From positions 425 through 64,424 of the forward strand of contig CALFXX010000122.1 in the NCBI GenBank assembly GCA_937952975.1: a DNA stretch of 64,000 bases, read 5' to 3'. This document shows positions 1 through 9,756 of the stretch, piece after piece; position 1 is the first letter of the stretch, and every line of letters begins with the position of its first letter. The notes beneath the pieces were generated by a model, which was given only the letters and a program-made list of their open reading frames with translations, had not been told where the DNA came from and searched no databases. A program made the translations under genes and the position numbers. The DNA comes from an uncultured Alcaligenaceae bacterium. GTDB taxonomy: Bacteria; Pseudomonadota; Gammaproteobacteria; Burkholderiales; Burkholderiaceae_B.

Positions 1-405
1 TTTAAATATGGTGTCTTTTCTTTTTTTTCTTTTTGCCAAAACAACTTCATACCCTTCTAAAGTCTTATTGTACAAATTTTCAATCTCTTCTGGCCTATCT
101 TGTAAATCACAATCCATCACCACCGTATAGGCACCTTTCGCGGCAGCGAGCCCTGCGGTAATTGCAATATGTTGACCATAATTACGACTCAGGCGAATGC
201 CTTTTACCCGACTGTGCTGATGTTGTAGCTCGCATATTTTTAACCAAGAGTCATCCGGGCTACGATCATCTATTAAGATGATTTCATACAAATTTGTAAT
301 GATCGGCAGCGTAATTTCAAGTTGCACAACAAGCTCTTTGAGACAATCAAAGCACCCGTATACAGGTACAACCACGCTGAGCATAACTGGTTGAGCATCG
401 CTCAT
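1..405 (-). CDS. Glycosyltransferase family 2 (GT-A), N-terminal part only; the gene runs off the left edge of the window
   Basis: Absent from the ORF track because it is truncated. The reverse complement from the ATG at 405 reads MSDAQPVMLSVVVPVYGCFDCLKELV..IILIDDRSPDDSW..RLSRNYGQHIAITAGLAAAKG..VVMDCDLQD. This is the VPVY / DD / DxD layout of ArnC/DPM1-like GT2 enzymes. Confidence 0.8.
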   Translation of the reverse strand, partial: MSDAQPVMLSVVVPVYGCFDCLKELVVQLEITLPIITNLYEIILIDDRSPDDSWLKICELQHQHSRVKGIRLSRNYGQHIAITAGLAAAKGAYTVVMDCDLQDRPEEIENLYNKTLEGYEVVLAKRKKRKDTIFK

Positions 406-415
406 CTAAAACATC

Positions 416-1240
416 CTAATCGTCTTGTTGTCGTTGCAATCGTTTCAATCTTGATAAACGCCACTCAAAAGCGCCTATAGGTACTTCTGCGGTGTAGCCA
501 AGCAGTTTGCGCGTGGCAGCAGACATGCCATCTTTCATACCAATTGCTCGGGGAAAGTCATATTGCTGCTTGAGTATTGGGCTCGTATACATATGATTAA
601 CAGCCCGACGCGTCATGCTCGACTGGTTGTATCCTGCACGATGAAATAACATCGAATCAAAAATAATCACAGAGCCTGCGTCAGCCTCAACAGTGATGCC
701 ATTTGAATCAATGTAATGATTTGAAGGCAAGGTCTCGTTTTTATGACTACCAGGTAACACTTGTGTTCCACCAGTTGAAGATGAAAACGGATCAATTGCA
801 AAAATTGCGCTGATTGCTAGTGGCCGACTAATCACCCAGTTCTGATATGGCAAATCTCGATGCCATGAGCTTTGATGATGCGTGACGTTGGGTCGATTAA
901 TAATTGCATTTTGTAAATTTAAAATGTGCCAATCGCCGAGCAATCTTTGCATAATCTCAAGAACAGGCGGCATTGAGGCCATTCGCATAAACTCGAAATC
1001 ATAAAGTAACGGCGCCCTACACATATCGAGATCTTGTATGGACTTCATCGCTTCGTACGACAATTCTTTTTCTTGTGTGCGATATACATCGTCTATTCGT
1101 TTTCGCCAATCGCAAAGTGCGTCTAGCGTAAATAGATCTTTTAATATGGTGTACCCTCGAATGGTAACGTCTTCGACGTGTTGTGAGACGACATCGTCTG
1201 ACTGATGTTGCACCCCTTGCCCATAAAATTTATTGGTCAT
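416..1240 (-). CDS. Phytanoyl-CoA dioxygenase (PhyH) family Fe(II)/2-oxoglutarate oxygenase
   Basis: [17 protein letters not shown] and LFHRAG match the PhyH-type His-x-Asp...His jelly-roll pattern. I moved the start from 1273 to the ATG at 1240 (MTNKFYGQ) because a GGAGGA Shine-Dalgarno (tcctcc at 1249-1254 on the plus strand) sits 8 nt upstream. Confidence 0.75.
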   Translation of the reverse strand: MTNKFYGQGVQHQSDDVVSQHVEDVTIRGYTILKDLFTLDALCDWRKRIDDVYRTQEKELSYEAMKSIQDLDMCRAPLLYDFEFMRMASMPPVLEIMQRLLGDWHILNLQNAIINRPNVTHHQSSWHRDLPYQNWVISRPLAISAIFAIDPFSSSTGGTQVLPGSHKNETLPSNHYIDSNGITVEADAGSVIIFDSMLFHRAGYNQSSMTRRAVNHMYTSPILKQQYDFPRAIGMKDGMSAATRKLLGYTAEVPIGAFEWRLSRLKRLQRQQDD

Positions 1241-1985
1241 GGGAATATCCTCCGCTTTCACCCTGTTCGCCACCGGCAGAGTTCATTTTCATAAACGATC
1301 GAGAGTTCGGACCGCAGTTAAAGAGCAAATCGAGGATGCTCACGTGATGTTGAAATAAACCGTATGGCTGAGGATACTCGGGATAGCTGCCATACTCAAA
1401 CCAATGTAAGCCAATATTACTCTGATTGAAAACACTTTCATCAATGTAGCTTCGCGCAGCCGGACCTGATACGTACTCTGTTGCTTTTGCCTGCTGACAA
1501 AGCGAGACCAGTCGAGCGGTTTTACCCTCGATCAGTTCATAATCCCATGAATTTGTCAGGCTCGTCTGTATTCCTAAATACGAACAGACACTCTCGATCA
1601 AGGTCCGATTCAGTTGTGAAAGGTGACTGTAGGTCTGAGAAACGTACAGCGGCTCAAGCCAGGTCGCAATCTCTTTGAAGTATCCTGTCTTACTGTAGTT
1701 TTGAGATAATGCTTTCCAGTGCACCTGGGCCCATGTTGAGCCGTCAATCGCTGTCTCACGAATAGTTTGGAAATATTTTCCCTTCACAAGCACTGGCACG
1801 GTCAGCCACTGCAACCCCTGTGGGGTTTTGATCTGATTTCGATTACGCCAATCTCGGCGCGTATATTGCATATCGTCGAATAGTATGACTTCGTCTACCG
1901 AAGCAATCAGGTCAAAGTAGCCCTTCCAGGGGATGTAGTTTGACTGGAGAATGGCAATCTTTTTAGGACTTTCTATTTTGTTCAC
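1230..1985 (-). CDS. WbqC-like family protein (function unknown; found in O-antigen loci)
   Basis: The N-terminus [18 protein letters not shown] and [17 protein letters not shown] are the signature opening of WbqC-like proteins as I recall them. A 4-nt overlap links it to the upstream GT9 gene. Confidence 0.65.
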   Translation of the reverse strand: MNKIESPKKIAILQSNYIPWKGYFDLIASVDEVILFDDMQYTRRDWRNRNQIKTPQGLQWLTVPVLVKGKYFQTIRETAIDGSTWAQVHWKALSQNYSKTGYFKEIATWLEPLYVSQTYSHLSQLNRTLIESVCSYLGIQTSLTNSWDYELIEGKTARLVSLCQQAKATEYVSGPAARSYIDESVFNQSNIGLHWFEYGSYPEYPQPYGLFQHHVSILDLLFNCGPNSRSFMKMNSAGGEQGESGGYSHDQ

Positions 1986-3232
1986 GGCTGCGCCATCTTA
2001 GAGAATGAATCAACCGAAGCTTTGAACGCTATGCTCTGCAAGCAAGCCTGTAAAACACGCTCGACGCTTACTTTGGCTATGCAGGGAACCGGTTGCGCAG
2101 TTGCGAGAGGATAATGACAATGCCATCTGCAGCCATAGCAAGACATCGGTTCGTAAACGGAAACAGGCAAAGGGGCCTCGCCTTGACTCGCCTTCGTGTA
2201 GGGTAAAAATCTACCAAAATGGCCACCGCCCAAAACACATACCGCTGGAGTACATACGGCTGCGGCAATATGCACAGAGGCGGAATCGTTCGCAATCACA
2301 AGCGTTGACTGGCGGATCAGCTGCACCATCATTGTCAGTGGCGTTTTGCCTGCTAAATTGATGATCGGAGCGTTAGACGTTTGCACCACTAATTCGCATA
2401 TATTTTGTTCAGAGGCAGTTCCGCAAACAAGAATCTTCAAGCCATACTGATCGCTCAAGTGCTCGGCCAATAACGCAAAACTGGCGGCAGGCCATATTTT
2501 ATGCGCCCAAGAAGCCCCTGGAAAAATGATGCAGTAGGGCTCCTTAAAGGACAGAGAAGGTGGCAGTATCCAATGTTTATGAATCCTTGGCGCTTGGCTG
2601 ACAAAGTCAGCACTTCCCAACCCCCTAATAAAGTCGCCATTGAACTCATTTTCAGTTTTAGAACTAGGCTGGAGAGCGATTAGTTTGCTGTACCACGCGT
2701 CTGATCTCTGTTTTTGTTCAGGATAAATGTTGTTAGTGTCCCCAACCTGGCCAATACGTACACTTGCACCACTGGCTCGTACCAATAAGTCGCCAATATA
2801 CTCTCTTGAGTATGTCGACTGAAACGCAGCACCAAAACCACGCCGACGTATTTTGAGCAGGGTGCTCAAACGATATACGGAATCAGATCTTAGCCGCGGA
2901 ACATCAGTCCCGACAACTTCGTCCCAATAAGGAAGGTCCCTCGCAAGATCTAACCAAGCGTTATTAGCGTATAAGGTGATCTTGCTATTTGGAAAAATCT
3001 TCCGAAATTCTTTTGCCGCGTCTAGCCAAATAACAAAATCGCCGAGCAAATCTAATCTAATCAGTAGCACAGTATGAACAGATTCATGCGCGGGCGGCAA
3101 TAGATCAAGTAGCCAATACTTTTCGGTCACTACGCTGACAAAACCGTCGATTAGCGTTTGGAATGAGTAGGCAAACCCCTCAGTAAGCTGTTTCTTACGG
3201 CGGACAACTTTACCTTTCAATTCAGTGAACAT
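1982..3232 (-). CDS. Glycosyltransferase family 9 (heptosyltransferase-like)
   Basis: [15 protein letters not shown] near the N-terminus and [23 protein letters not shown] near the C-terminus are typical GT9 (RfaF/RfaC-like) motifs. A Cys-rich tail follows ([15 protein letters not shown]). Confidence 0.8.
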   Translation of the reverse strand: MFTELKGKVVRRKKQLTEGFAYSFQTLIDGFVSVVTEKYWLLDLLPPAHESVHTVLLIRLDLLGDFVIWLDAAKEFRKIFPNSKITLYANNAWLDLARDLPYWDEVVGTDVPRLRSDSVYRLSTLLKIRRRGFGAAFQSTYSREYIGDLLVRASGASVRIGQVGDTNNIYPEQKQRSDAWYSKLIALQPSSKTENEFNGDFIRGLGSADFVSQAPRIHKHWILPPSLSFKEPYCIIFPGASWAHKIWPAASFALLAEHLSDQYGLKILVCGTASEQNICELVVQTSNAPIINLAGKTPLTMMVQLIRQSTLVIANDSASVHIAAAVCTPAVCVLGGGHFGRFLPYTKASQGEAPLPVSVYEPMSCYGCRWHCHYPLATAQPVPCIAKVSVERVLQACLQSIAFKASVDSFSKMAQP

Positions 3233-3297
3233 ATTGGCATAGCCAGAGTTAAAGGCGAGAAGTCATGCGACATCATCAAAAAAGACTGCAACAAAGA

Positions 3298-4059
3298 CTA
3301 CGTTGAAATCCGAAATAATCTAAATAAATGACGCTTGAGACGTAAAAATAGAGTGGTCATTCGATCAATTATGCTTCTTTGTCTTCCCGTGCATGTCAAA
3401 AATATCTTATCTAACTCTTTAAAGTACTGCGCTTTGAGTCGACCCGACCCCGAAATTGAACCGTCATACAGTCTGAAGACAGCCAGTTTTTCTTCGATGA
3501 TTTTATGGTGCAGACCGTACCGTAAAAAACTCAAAAATAACTCGTAATCCCAACATGTACGATTTTGAGCATTAAAACCACCCACCAATCTAAACTCTTT
3601 CGCCGGAAAAAAGGTTGATTGCTGAAACACAACTGCAGCCAGGTGGAGCATGTTAAGCGTCGTTAGCTTGCTTGGCCTGACAGGTACGAATTGGTCAAAA
3701 GCTGTCTGAGTAAAACCTTGGCCCGTTAAAAATACATTACTAGGATGAGAATTAAAAAAATTTGTCACTGCGCGTAGCGAACCAGGTAACAGATAATCAT
3801 CCGAATTGATAAACCCATATACATCGCCAGTTGCACGGGCAAAGCCTTTGTTTAAGCCATCGGCGGGGCCGTCATCACGCTCAAATACTTTGATAACTTG
3901 ATCACCATAGGATTCGATCAACTCGCGGCTGCCGTCTGTGCTTCCGGCATCGACCACAATATATTCAAACTCGCACTCAGTTTGTGTCAGGATCGAATCG
4001 ATACAGGCTTGCAAGTATTGCTTTTGATTATATGAAATCGTAACGATTGAAATTTTCAT
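3298..4059 (-). CDS. Glycosyltransferase family 2
   Basis: MKISIVTISYNQKQYLQACIDSILTQ..YIVVDAGSTDGS..INSDD is the canonical GT2 N-terminal domain with a DxD-like SDD. Confidence 0.85.
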   Translation of the reverse strand: MKISIVTISYNQKQYLQACIDSILTQTECEFEYIVVDAGSTDGSRELIESYGDQVIKVFERDDGPADGLNKGFARATGDVYGFINSDDYLLPGSLRAVTNFFNSHPSNVFLTGQGFTQTAFDQFVPVRPSKLTTLNMLHLAAVVFQQSTFFPAKEFRLVGGFNAQNRTCWDYELFLSFLRYGLHHKIIEEKLAVFRLYDGSISGSGRLKAQYFKELDKIFLTCTGRQRSIIDRMTTLFLRLKRHLFRLFRIST

Positions 4060-4242
4060 AAGCTAATTGCAGCACGTTTTAAACGCTCTTGGTAGATTTC
4101 AGCGAGGTCACACCACGTTTGTGCGGCGGATCTTAGCCATGAGTAAGATTTTGCTAACTGTAATGCGTACGGCGCAACATCAATGTTCTGCACAAAATTA
4201 CGAAGGGGTCAGCTTACTGCATCTCCTATTTTCACGATGGTG

Positions 4243-6057
4243 CTATTTATGGGAAAAATATGGTCGCGAGAAAAAATCACCGGGCTTCAACATTGGTGTG
4301 TCAAACCACTTCAATTGCAAGTTCTCATTCAAGTGAGGCGCACACGGTAATTTTTCATTCCAACACTGCTGCGGCTCGCTTGCCACAGACACTTCTAACC
4401 CTGAGAGGGTATTCATTCGTTGAACATTTGCCGGGGGTATCTGCGGCCAGCCCTCTAGGCTCAGCGAATGAACACCCATTACTTTCAACGAACACAGTCC
4501 CACGCCGCACACACCCACAACCGTCAGTATTCTTTTATTAATGCTTTGATTCAAGAACCAGTATTTTTTTGAGGACAAGCTTAAAACTTGACTCACCATC
4601 CAACCCGTGGTGACCACAAACAGAATCAGTACACTTCCCAAAAAGCGCGGATCAGGCGCCGTCAGAAACCAGAATACAAAAGACAAAAAAATTGGAAAAA
4701 ATACGGTCGTTGGCGGCCTAAGGTGAACAAGATTTTTACGTGCCTCGTTCTGGATACACATGATCGCCCAAAACGCTAAGCCTGTTGCCAGGCAAACTGA
4801 GGTCTTGAAATAAGTAGGCAACCGGTTGAACCAAGGCTCAAGCCAGGCCCAATTATCAAGGACCCTATCAGGGTGCAACTCACCAGGAGCGCGTGCCCAG
4901 CTATAGATTAATTTTGACTCATAATTAGCAACACCATGAAAAACTGCCCAATCGAAAGACCAAATAGCCGCGAACGGACTCGGAAAAAACGGTGCCCCCG
5001 ATAGTAAAACTCCGCGTAAAGTATGAAGCAATTGAAATACCGTTAAAAAAACCAGAAGCTTCAATAAAAATTTTTTCTTTATCTCTGCGTAGCGACAAAA
5101 ATAAAACAAAGCGATCGCGCCAGAACCAGCAGCAAACGCAATGCTACTTAGCTTGATCGTTACGATTGTGCCTGAAAGACACAGCACCAAAATCAAGTCT
5201 TTCAGAAGTTTGTCGCCACGTTCATGGCTTAACAAACGCGGCGGGGGTGGGCCCAAAGGGCTTGGTATTTTGCAATAGCCAATTGAAGAGAGTGCGCGAA
5301 TAAGAAACAAAAAGATGGCAATCTGAAATAGCACAATCGCTGTGTCAGGCGTTGGGTTAGAAATGCTCGTCGTTAAGCTCGCGAGATAAACAAAGAGGAC
5401 CGCGCCACATACCCATTTCCACGACTTTTTTTCAAGACACGCAGTCTCAATGAGCGTAGCGGCGGTGAGTAACAATAGAAAGAATCCGCCAGCAACATAC
5501 CCTTGATTCCACAAAGGATAGATGTTTGCCAATGCCAAAAAATTGAAATAACTCTGGTTGAAGGCGAATCGCATATGCAAATTGCCGAGCCCCGGAATGA
5601 TCGGGTACTCATTCAACCAGCGAATGCTTCCAAAGTGATACAGACCAGAATCAAAGTTATTGGGGCCTCGCAAAGCTGACAAACAACTAGCGACAATCAT
5701 GGCACAAACCAAAGCCGTCACGAAAGGGTATCGCTTTAGCCCTAGCCAAATCGTTCGAATACTTGATTTGTACACGCTTGGAGAACTGGTAATGCCAGCG
5801 AGAGACCCCACGAGCACGATGCTTACGCTAACTTTCCAATCCAATGGTAAAAATAAATGAATAAACTCGCTACCTGACAGGATAACGACTAACCCAAGCC
5901 AAATCGTCCCAGTATCAATTCTTCGCGATAGCGGGAACCCTAATATTCGATAAAAAAATATCCCCCATCCTGAAAGAGAAATTGTGACAAGACCTAGAAA
6001 AATAATGAGTTGCGCTAATGCCACGATAGATTGAGTCAAATTACCCACACCGCCCAT
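4243..6057 (-). CDS. Large polytopic inner-membrane protein (604 aa). Candidate glycan polymerase or GT-C-like enzyme; family not recognised
   Basis: The hydrophobic-segment pattern suggests more than 12 TM helices and a ~90-aa C-terminal soluble tail (..QQCWNEKLPCAPHLNENLQLKWF..). It is AT-richer than its neighbours and flanked by 183-nt and 214-nt non-coding gaps, as is common for wzy-type genes. Confidence 0.55.
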   Translation of the reverse strand: MGGVGNLTQSIVALAQLIIFLGLVTISLSGWGIFFYRILGFPLSRRIDTGTIWLGLVVILSGSEFIHLFLPLDWKVSVSIVLVGSLAGITSSPSVYKSSIRTIWLGLKRYPFVTALVCAMIVASCLSALRGPNNFDSGLYHFGSIRWLNEYPIIPGLGNLHMRFAFNQSYFNFLALANIYPLWNQGYVAGGFFLLLLTAATLIETACLEKKSWKWVCGAVLFVYLASLTTSISNPTPDTAIVLFQIAIFLFLIRALSSIGYCKIPSPLGPPPPRLLSHERGDKLLKDLILVLCLSGTIVTIKLSSIAFAAGSGAIALFYFCRYAEIKKKFLLKLLVFLTVFQLLHTLRGVLLSGAPFFPSPFAAIWSFDWAVFHGVANYESKLIYSWARAPGELHPDRVLDNWAWLEPWFNRLPTYFKTSVCLATGLAFWAIMCIQNEARKNLVHLRPPTTVFFPIFLSFVFWFLTAPDPRFLGSVLILFVVTTGWMVSQVLSLSSKKYWFLNQSINKRILTVVGVCGVGLCSLKVMGVHSLSLEGWPQIPPANVQRMNTLSGLEVSVASEPQQCWNEKLPCAPHLNENLQLKWFDTPMLKPGDFFSRPYFSHK

Positions 6058-6271
6058 TTAGCACTCCTCCCTAAGTGTCTGGGTTAAGCCACGCGATTGA
6101 GTGGCTAACAGCTTGCGTCACTCTTTAATTCGCTCCAAATACTAACTAAACTATTTTGTAAACATTCATAATCTGACTATAAATTGTCTCGAGCCAGCTA
6201 TTAAATCAGGCTCAGATCCCATGTGACTTTCATACATTATTTTTTTGTGAAAATCTTAAATATTGAGGTTT

Positions 6272-7435
6272 TCATATGACGATTTCAGCACGTTTTGAGC
6301 GATCTTGGTAAGTCTCAGCAATATAGTCCCATGTTTGCGCAGCGCACTTTTGCCATGAATAGGGTGCTGCCAATTGTTTCGCCCGCGCGGCTAAGCGTTG
6401 TCTAAGTGAGGCATCCTTGATAAGCACTTCAATTGCCTCTGCAATCGACTGCTCGTTTTGAGGATCAAAATATACGCCACCATCTTGCAGGGTTTCGGGC
6501 AAACTGCTGCGGTTAGAGCAGGCGATGGGCATGCCAATGGTCATCGCTTCAAGCAGGGTGATCCCAAACGTTTCGACGCTTGAGGCAAAGACAAACAAAT
6601 CGGCGTTTGCGATCAACTGAGGGATATCTGCATGCGGTACAAAATCGAGTATCTGAACAAAACTACGATCTGGGTCGGATTGCTGCATTTCTTGTTCTAA
6701 CAGTGCTTGCCCTTCACGATTGCCACCACCTGTTAAGGTCAGGATCACGTTATGCCCGCGTGTTCTTAAAACTTTTATCGCACGTACAAGCTCGGCTTGG
6801 TGTTTGTATTCCCAAATTGGGGATACATATAGACATTGAATCGGACGTTCGCCTTTTTCTGGCCAAGCAGTTTGGGGGCTGATTTGTTTAAACGCCGAAT
6901 CGACGCCATGGGCAATGCACTGATAGTGTTTAAGTGGCCCTGTATACAGTTGAATACGCTTCGCGGCGTAGTTAGTTAAAAAAATCACAGCATCCGCAAA
7001 TTGAAAGGCTCGTTTTTGTACTTGCAAAATGAGGCGCTGATGGATCCCACTTTTATCAAAACCGTAGATTGTTTCAAATCCAACTTCAAACGGAATCATG
7101 TTTTGACTGAGCACCACCATAGGCTTAAAGCGACTAAAAGTACTGGCATCAACGGCGAACAGCACCTGGCAACCCGTGCGCTTGACCTCATCAGCCAGCT
7201 TAAAAGCCTGCCAATAAATTTGCTTCACTAACGACTGCTCGGTGACCTTGGGGCAATGCTTGATCAACCACGACCGATTAGGCAAGCGATCTAACAATTT
7301 CTGATATGCCCAGATGTGTACCTGCTGTATGCCGTGAACGCTTATATCCTCAACTGCCAAAATACCTAATAGATGAGCAACACCACCGCCTGACTTCACA
7401 CGGGTAGCGTCGATGGCGACTTTTAAATCGCTCAT
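6272..7435 (-). CDS. Glycosyltransferase family 4 (GT-B)
   Basis: FVFASSVETFGITLLEAMTIGMPIACSNRSSLPE is the EX7E motif region of GT4 retaining transferases. Confidence 0.85.
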   Translation of the reverse strand: MSDLKVAIDATRVKSGGGVAHLLGILAVEDISVHGIQQVHIWAYQKLLDRLPNRSWLIKHCPKVTEQSLVKQIYWQAFKLADEVKRTGCQVLFAVDASTFSRFKPMVVLSQNMIPFEVGFETIYGFDKSGIHQRLILQVQKRAFQFADAVIFLTNYAAKRIQLYTGPLKHYQCIAHGVDSAFKQISPQTAWPEKGERPIQCLYVSPIWEYKHQAELVRAIKVLRTRGHNVILTLTGGGNREGQALLEQEMQQSDPDRSFVQILDFVPHADIPQLIANADLFVFASSVETFGITLLEAMTIGMPIACSNRSSLPETLQDGGVYFDPQNEQSIAEAIEVLIKDASLRQRLAARAKQLAAPYSWQKCAAQTWDYIAETYQDRSKRAEIVI

Positions 7436-8535
7436 GATTGCGCGGGTGCCTGTAACTTAGCGGGCAGCACCGAGATCAAACTGGCAGCGGTGATTTCTGG
7501 CGTTGTGCGTTGGGCGAGTTGATTGCTAATTTGACCCATCTGCACAAGTTGCTCATTTGGTTTAATCGAGAGCAGGTGCATTTTGTAAGCTAAGTCTTGC
7601 GCAGACTCGTCATAAAACGTGTAGCCATTTAAACCATCAATCAAAAACTGCTGGCGTGCACCAACGTACTCAGAAAAAATCAATGGTAAGCCAGCCGCTG
7701 AAAACTCATGAGCGACTACACCCCAGGGTTCATAGCGGCTAGGCAAAACAAATGCACCCGCAGTTTGCGCTCGCTTAACAAGCTCTGGTTGAGGCAAAAA
7801 GGCCTCAATGCGTATTTGCTGGTCTTTTGCGGCAGCGGCCTCTAAGTCTTGTTGCATCGGCCCGTTGCCAATGCATGTTAAGCCCCAAGTGCCTTGGTAG
7901 GTCTTTTTGTAAATGTCGTAGGCTGCCAATAACAGATCAATACCTTTCTGCTTCGCGAAACGCCCGACATACAAAAAAATTTTTGGATAGTTGTGGCTCT
8001 TTTCTGTTGCTAATGAGGCTGCGGCCTGAGAAAAGAGCTCGGTATTGCCACTGAGCAAATTAGATAAGATCTCGGTTTTTTTAAAACCGATTCGCGCAGC
8101 ATATTCGTATTGCAGCGGTCCCGGAACCCAAACATATGAATAAAACAGGCGCTTGTATAAACAACGAATCAATAGCGCCCCAATTTGTTGGCGTAGTGAC
8201 CCCGTCCATTGGCTATCTAAGCCCGCAACAATGGGCACGCGTTGAGATTTAAGCTTTTGCAGCACCGGAAAATACCCGCGATCCATCCATCCCGTGACGT
8301 ACACCAGATCTGGTTTTAAACTTAAAGCAAGCTCGACCATCTGCCGACTATTAAATGATGAGCGGTCGTAAAAGGTAATTTTTTTGTTGTTTGTATGCTC
8401 GCTTGGAACAAACGGCGTCAGCTTCTTTTGACTCCAATGAATCACGTCAACTGTTGCACCGTAGTGACTGACCAGTCGCTCAAAGATCGGCATGTTGTAG
8501 CCTAGAAGCTCTGAGTAGAGATAAAGAACTTTCAT
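7432..8535 (-). CDS. Glycosyltransferase family 4 (GT-B)
   Basis: AFVLPSRYEPWGVVAHEFSAAGLPLIFSEYVGA is an EX7E-type motif. A 4-nt ATGA overlap links it to the downstream GT4. Confidence 0.8.
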   Translation of the reverse strand: MKVLYLYSELLGYNMPIFERLVSHYGATVDVIHWSQKKLTPFVPSEHTNNKKITFYDRSSFNSRQMVELALSLKPDLVYVTGWMDRGYFPVLQKLKSQRVPIVAGLDSQWTGSLRQQIGALLIRCLYKRLFYSYVWVPGPLQYEYAARIGFKKTEILSNLLSGNTELFSQAAASLATEKSHNYPKIFLYVGRFAKQKGIDLLLAAYDIYKKTYQGTWGLTCIGNGPMQQDLEAAAAKDQQIRIEAFLPQPELVKRAQTAGAFVLPSRYEPWGVVAHEFSAAGLPLIFSEYVGARQQFLIDGLNGYTFYDESAQDLAYKMHLLSIKPNEQLVQMGQISNQLAQRTTPEITAASLISVLPAKLQAPAQS

Positions 8536-8538
8536 GAG

Positions 8539-9756
8539 CTACTGCATCCTTGGTGACGATGATGCATGTAAAACACTTTGATAAATCGCCCGTGTTTCTT
8601 GTGCGCAACTTTGCCAGGTAAAGCGTTTTACTCGCTCGCGACCTAGTTTTATCAGTTCTTGCGTACGGTCTTCTGAAAAGACAACGGCTTCTATTGCAGC
8701 GCTAATGCTTTCTAGTGATTGTGGATCAAAATATTGTCCTGCCGTGCCAATGACCTCTGGCATTGAACTCGTGTTACTGCTAATGACAGGGCAATTTTTA
8801 GCCATGGCCTCTAGGGGCGGTAAACCAAAACCTTCGTAGGCAGAAGGGTATACAAAGGCCACGGCTTTTTGATAAGCTTCGTGTAAAGCCGTATCATCGC
8901 CTGCTTGTTGCCTGACTTGGTTAGGTTTAAAACCAAGCCTCAAAATTAGATTTTGCTCGGCCGCCGTGAAAGGGCCGCCACCAAAAGCGAGTACATCAAA
9001 CTCGGCTAGTAACTGGGGCGCTTGAGCGATTGCCCGCAATAACTGCTTGAAATTTTTATAGCCTTCGCGTAAACCAACGTACAACAGAAAGGGGCGGATT
9101 TGGTTGGCGGCGCCCGCGTCGGCATTCGCGCTTGTATCTGTGCGTATGTTCGTACTTGTATCGCGCCCCGTGCTGTTCGCAGCGCTTTGCTCGTTTGCAG
9201 CCTCGCAGCCTAGGTACACCACCGACACTTTCTTTTCAGGTACTTGATACAACTGTAATAGGTCGCCACGCGTATGCTCTGAGATGCAAATAATGTGATC
9301 AGCACGTTGTACTGCAACACGTTTGGCCGAAGCGAACTCAGCGGTCTGGTCAGTGATAGTGCGCGGTTTTGCTTGAGAAGCGATTGCCTCTAACTCTGGG
9401 ATCATATCGAATACAGTCAAAACCACCGGACAGCCTTTAGGAGCCGAACTGTTTCGCGAAAAATACGTCTCGTGTACGAGATCCGGCTTCCAACCTGTTA
9501 TTTGTAGCGTAGCCAGCCAACCATTAGCCTTAACCAAAAGACCCGCAGTTTTTGCCAGGTAGTCTTTAACCGAATAACCATGCACAAGATTATTTGGAAG
9601 CTCGCGCAAATACTGATTACGATACAACGGAGCAAAAACGCCAATTTCATCGGCCTGTGCTGTTTGCTGCAACTGCTCAACCAAGCGGCAGAAATAGCGA
9701 GAGATTCCGCCAGTTTTTTGTAAACAAAACGCCTGATGATCAAAGGCAATACGCAT
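8539..9756 (-). CDS. Glycosyltransferase family 4 (GT-B) with an internal low-complexity insert
   Basis: AFVYPSAYEGFGLPPLEAMAKNCPVISSNTSSMPEV is the EX7E motif. An S/T/N/A-rich insert (SAANSTGRDTSTNIRTDTSANADAGAANQ) lies between the two Rossmann halves. Confidence 0.85.
   Translation of the reverse strand: MRIAFDHQAFCLQKTGGISRYFCRLVEQLQQTAQADEIGVFAPLYRNQYLRELPNNLVHGYSVKDYLAKTAGLLVKANGWLATLQITGWKPDLVHETYFSRNSSAPKGCPVVLTVFDMIPELEAIASQAKPRTITDQTAEFASAKRVAVQRADHIICISEHTRGDLLQLYQVPEKKVSVVYLGCEAANEQSAANSTGRDTSTNIRTDTSANADAGAANQIRPFLLYVGLREGYKNFKQLLRAIAQAPQLLAEFDVLAFGGGPFTAAEQNLILRLGFKPNQVRQQAGDDTALHEAYQKAVAFVYPSAYEGFGLPPLEAMAKNCPVISSNTSSMPEVIGTAGQYFDPQSLESISAAIEAVVFSEDRTQELIKLGRERVKRFTWQSCAQETRAIYQSVLHASSSPRMQ

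Noticed and set aside
21-28. Homopolymer tracts as possible phase-variation switches: T8 at 21-28 in the partial GT2, T9 at 35224-35232 near the methyltransferase 3' end, T9 at 25421-25429 in rmlC, T8 at 30976-30983 in uxs
   Set aside because: The tracts are short (8-9 nt) and are A/T rather than the long G/C or repeat tracts typical of contingency loci. They are explained by codons: KRKKRK, KKS, the conserved FFF of RmlC, and KK. Without population data there is no support for slippage.
4067-4336. Plus-strand ORF (89 aa) in the gap between the GT2 and the 604-aa membrane protein, and small ORFs in the galE upstream region (55227-55409, 55245-55511)
   Set aside because: They have no RBS or family features, partly overlap real genes, and have odd composition. 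They are more likely non-coding leader or spacer DNA.
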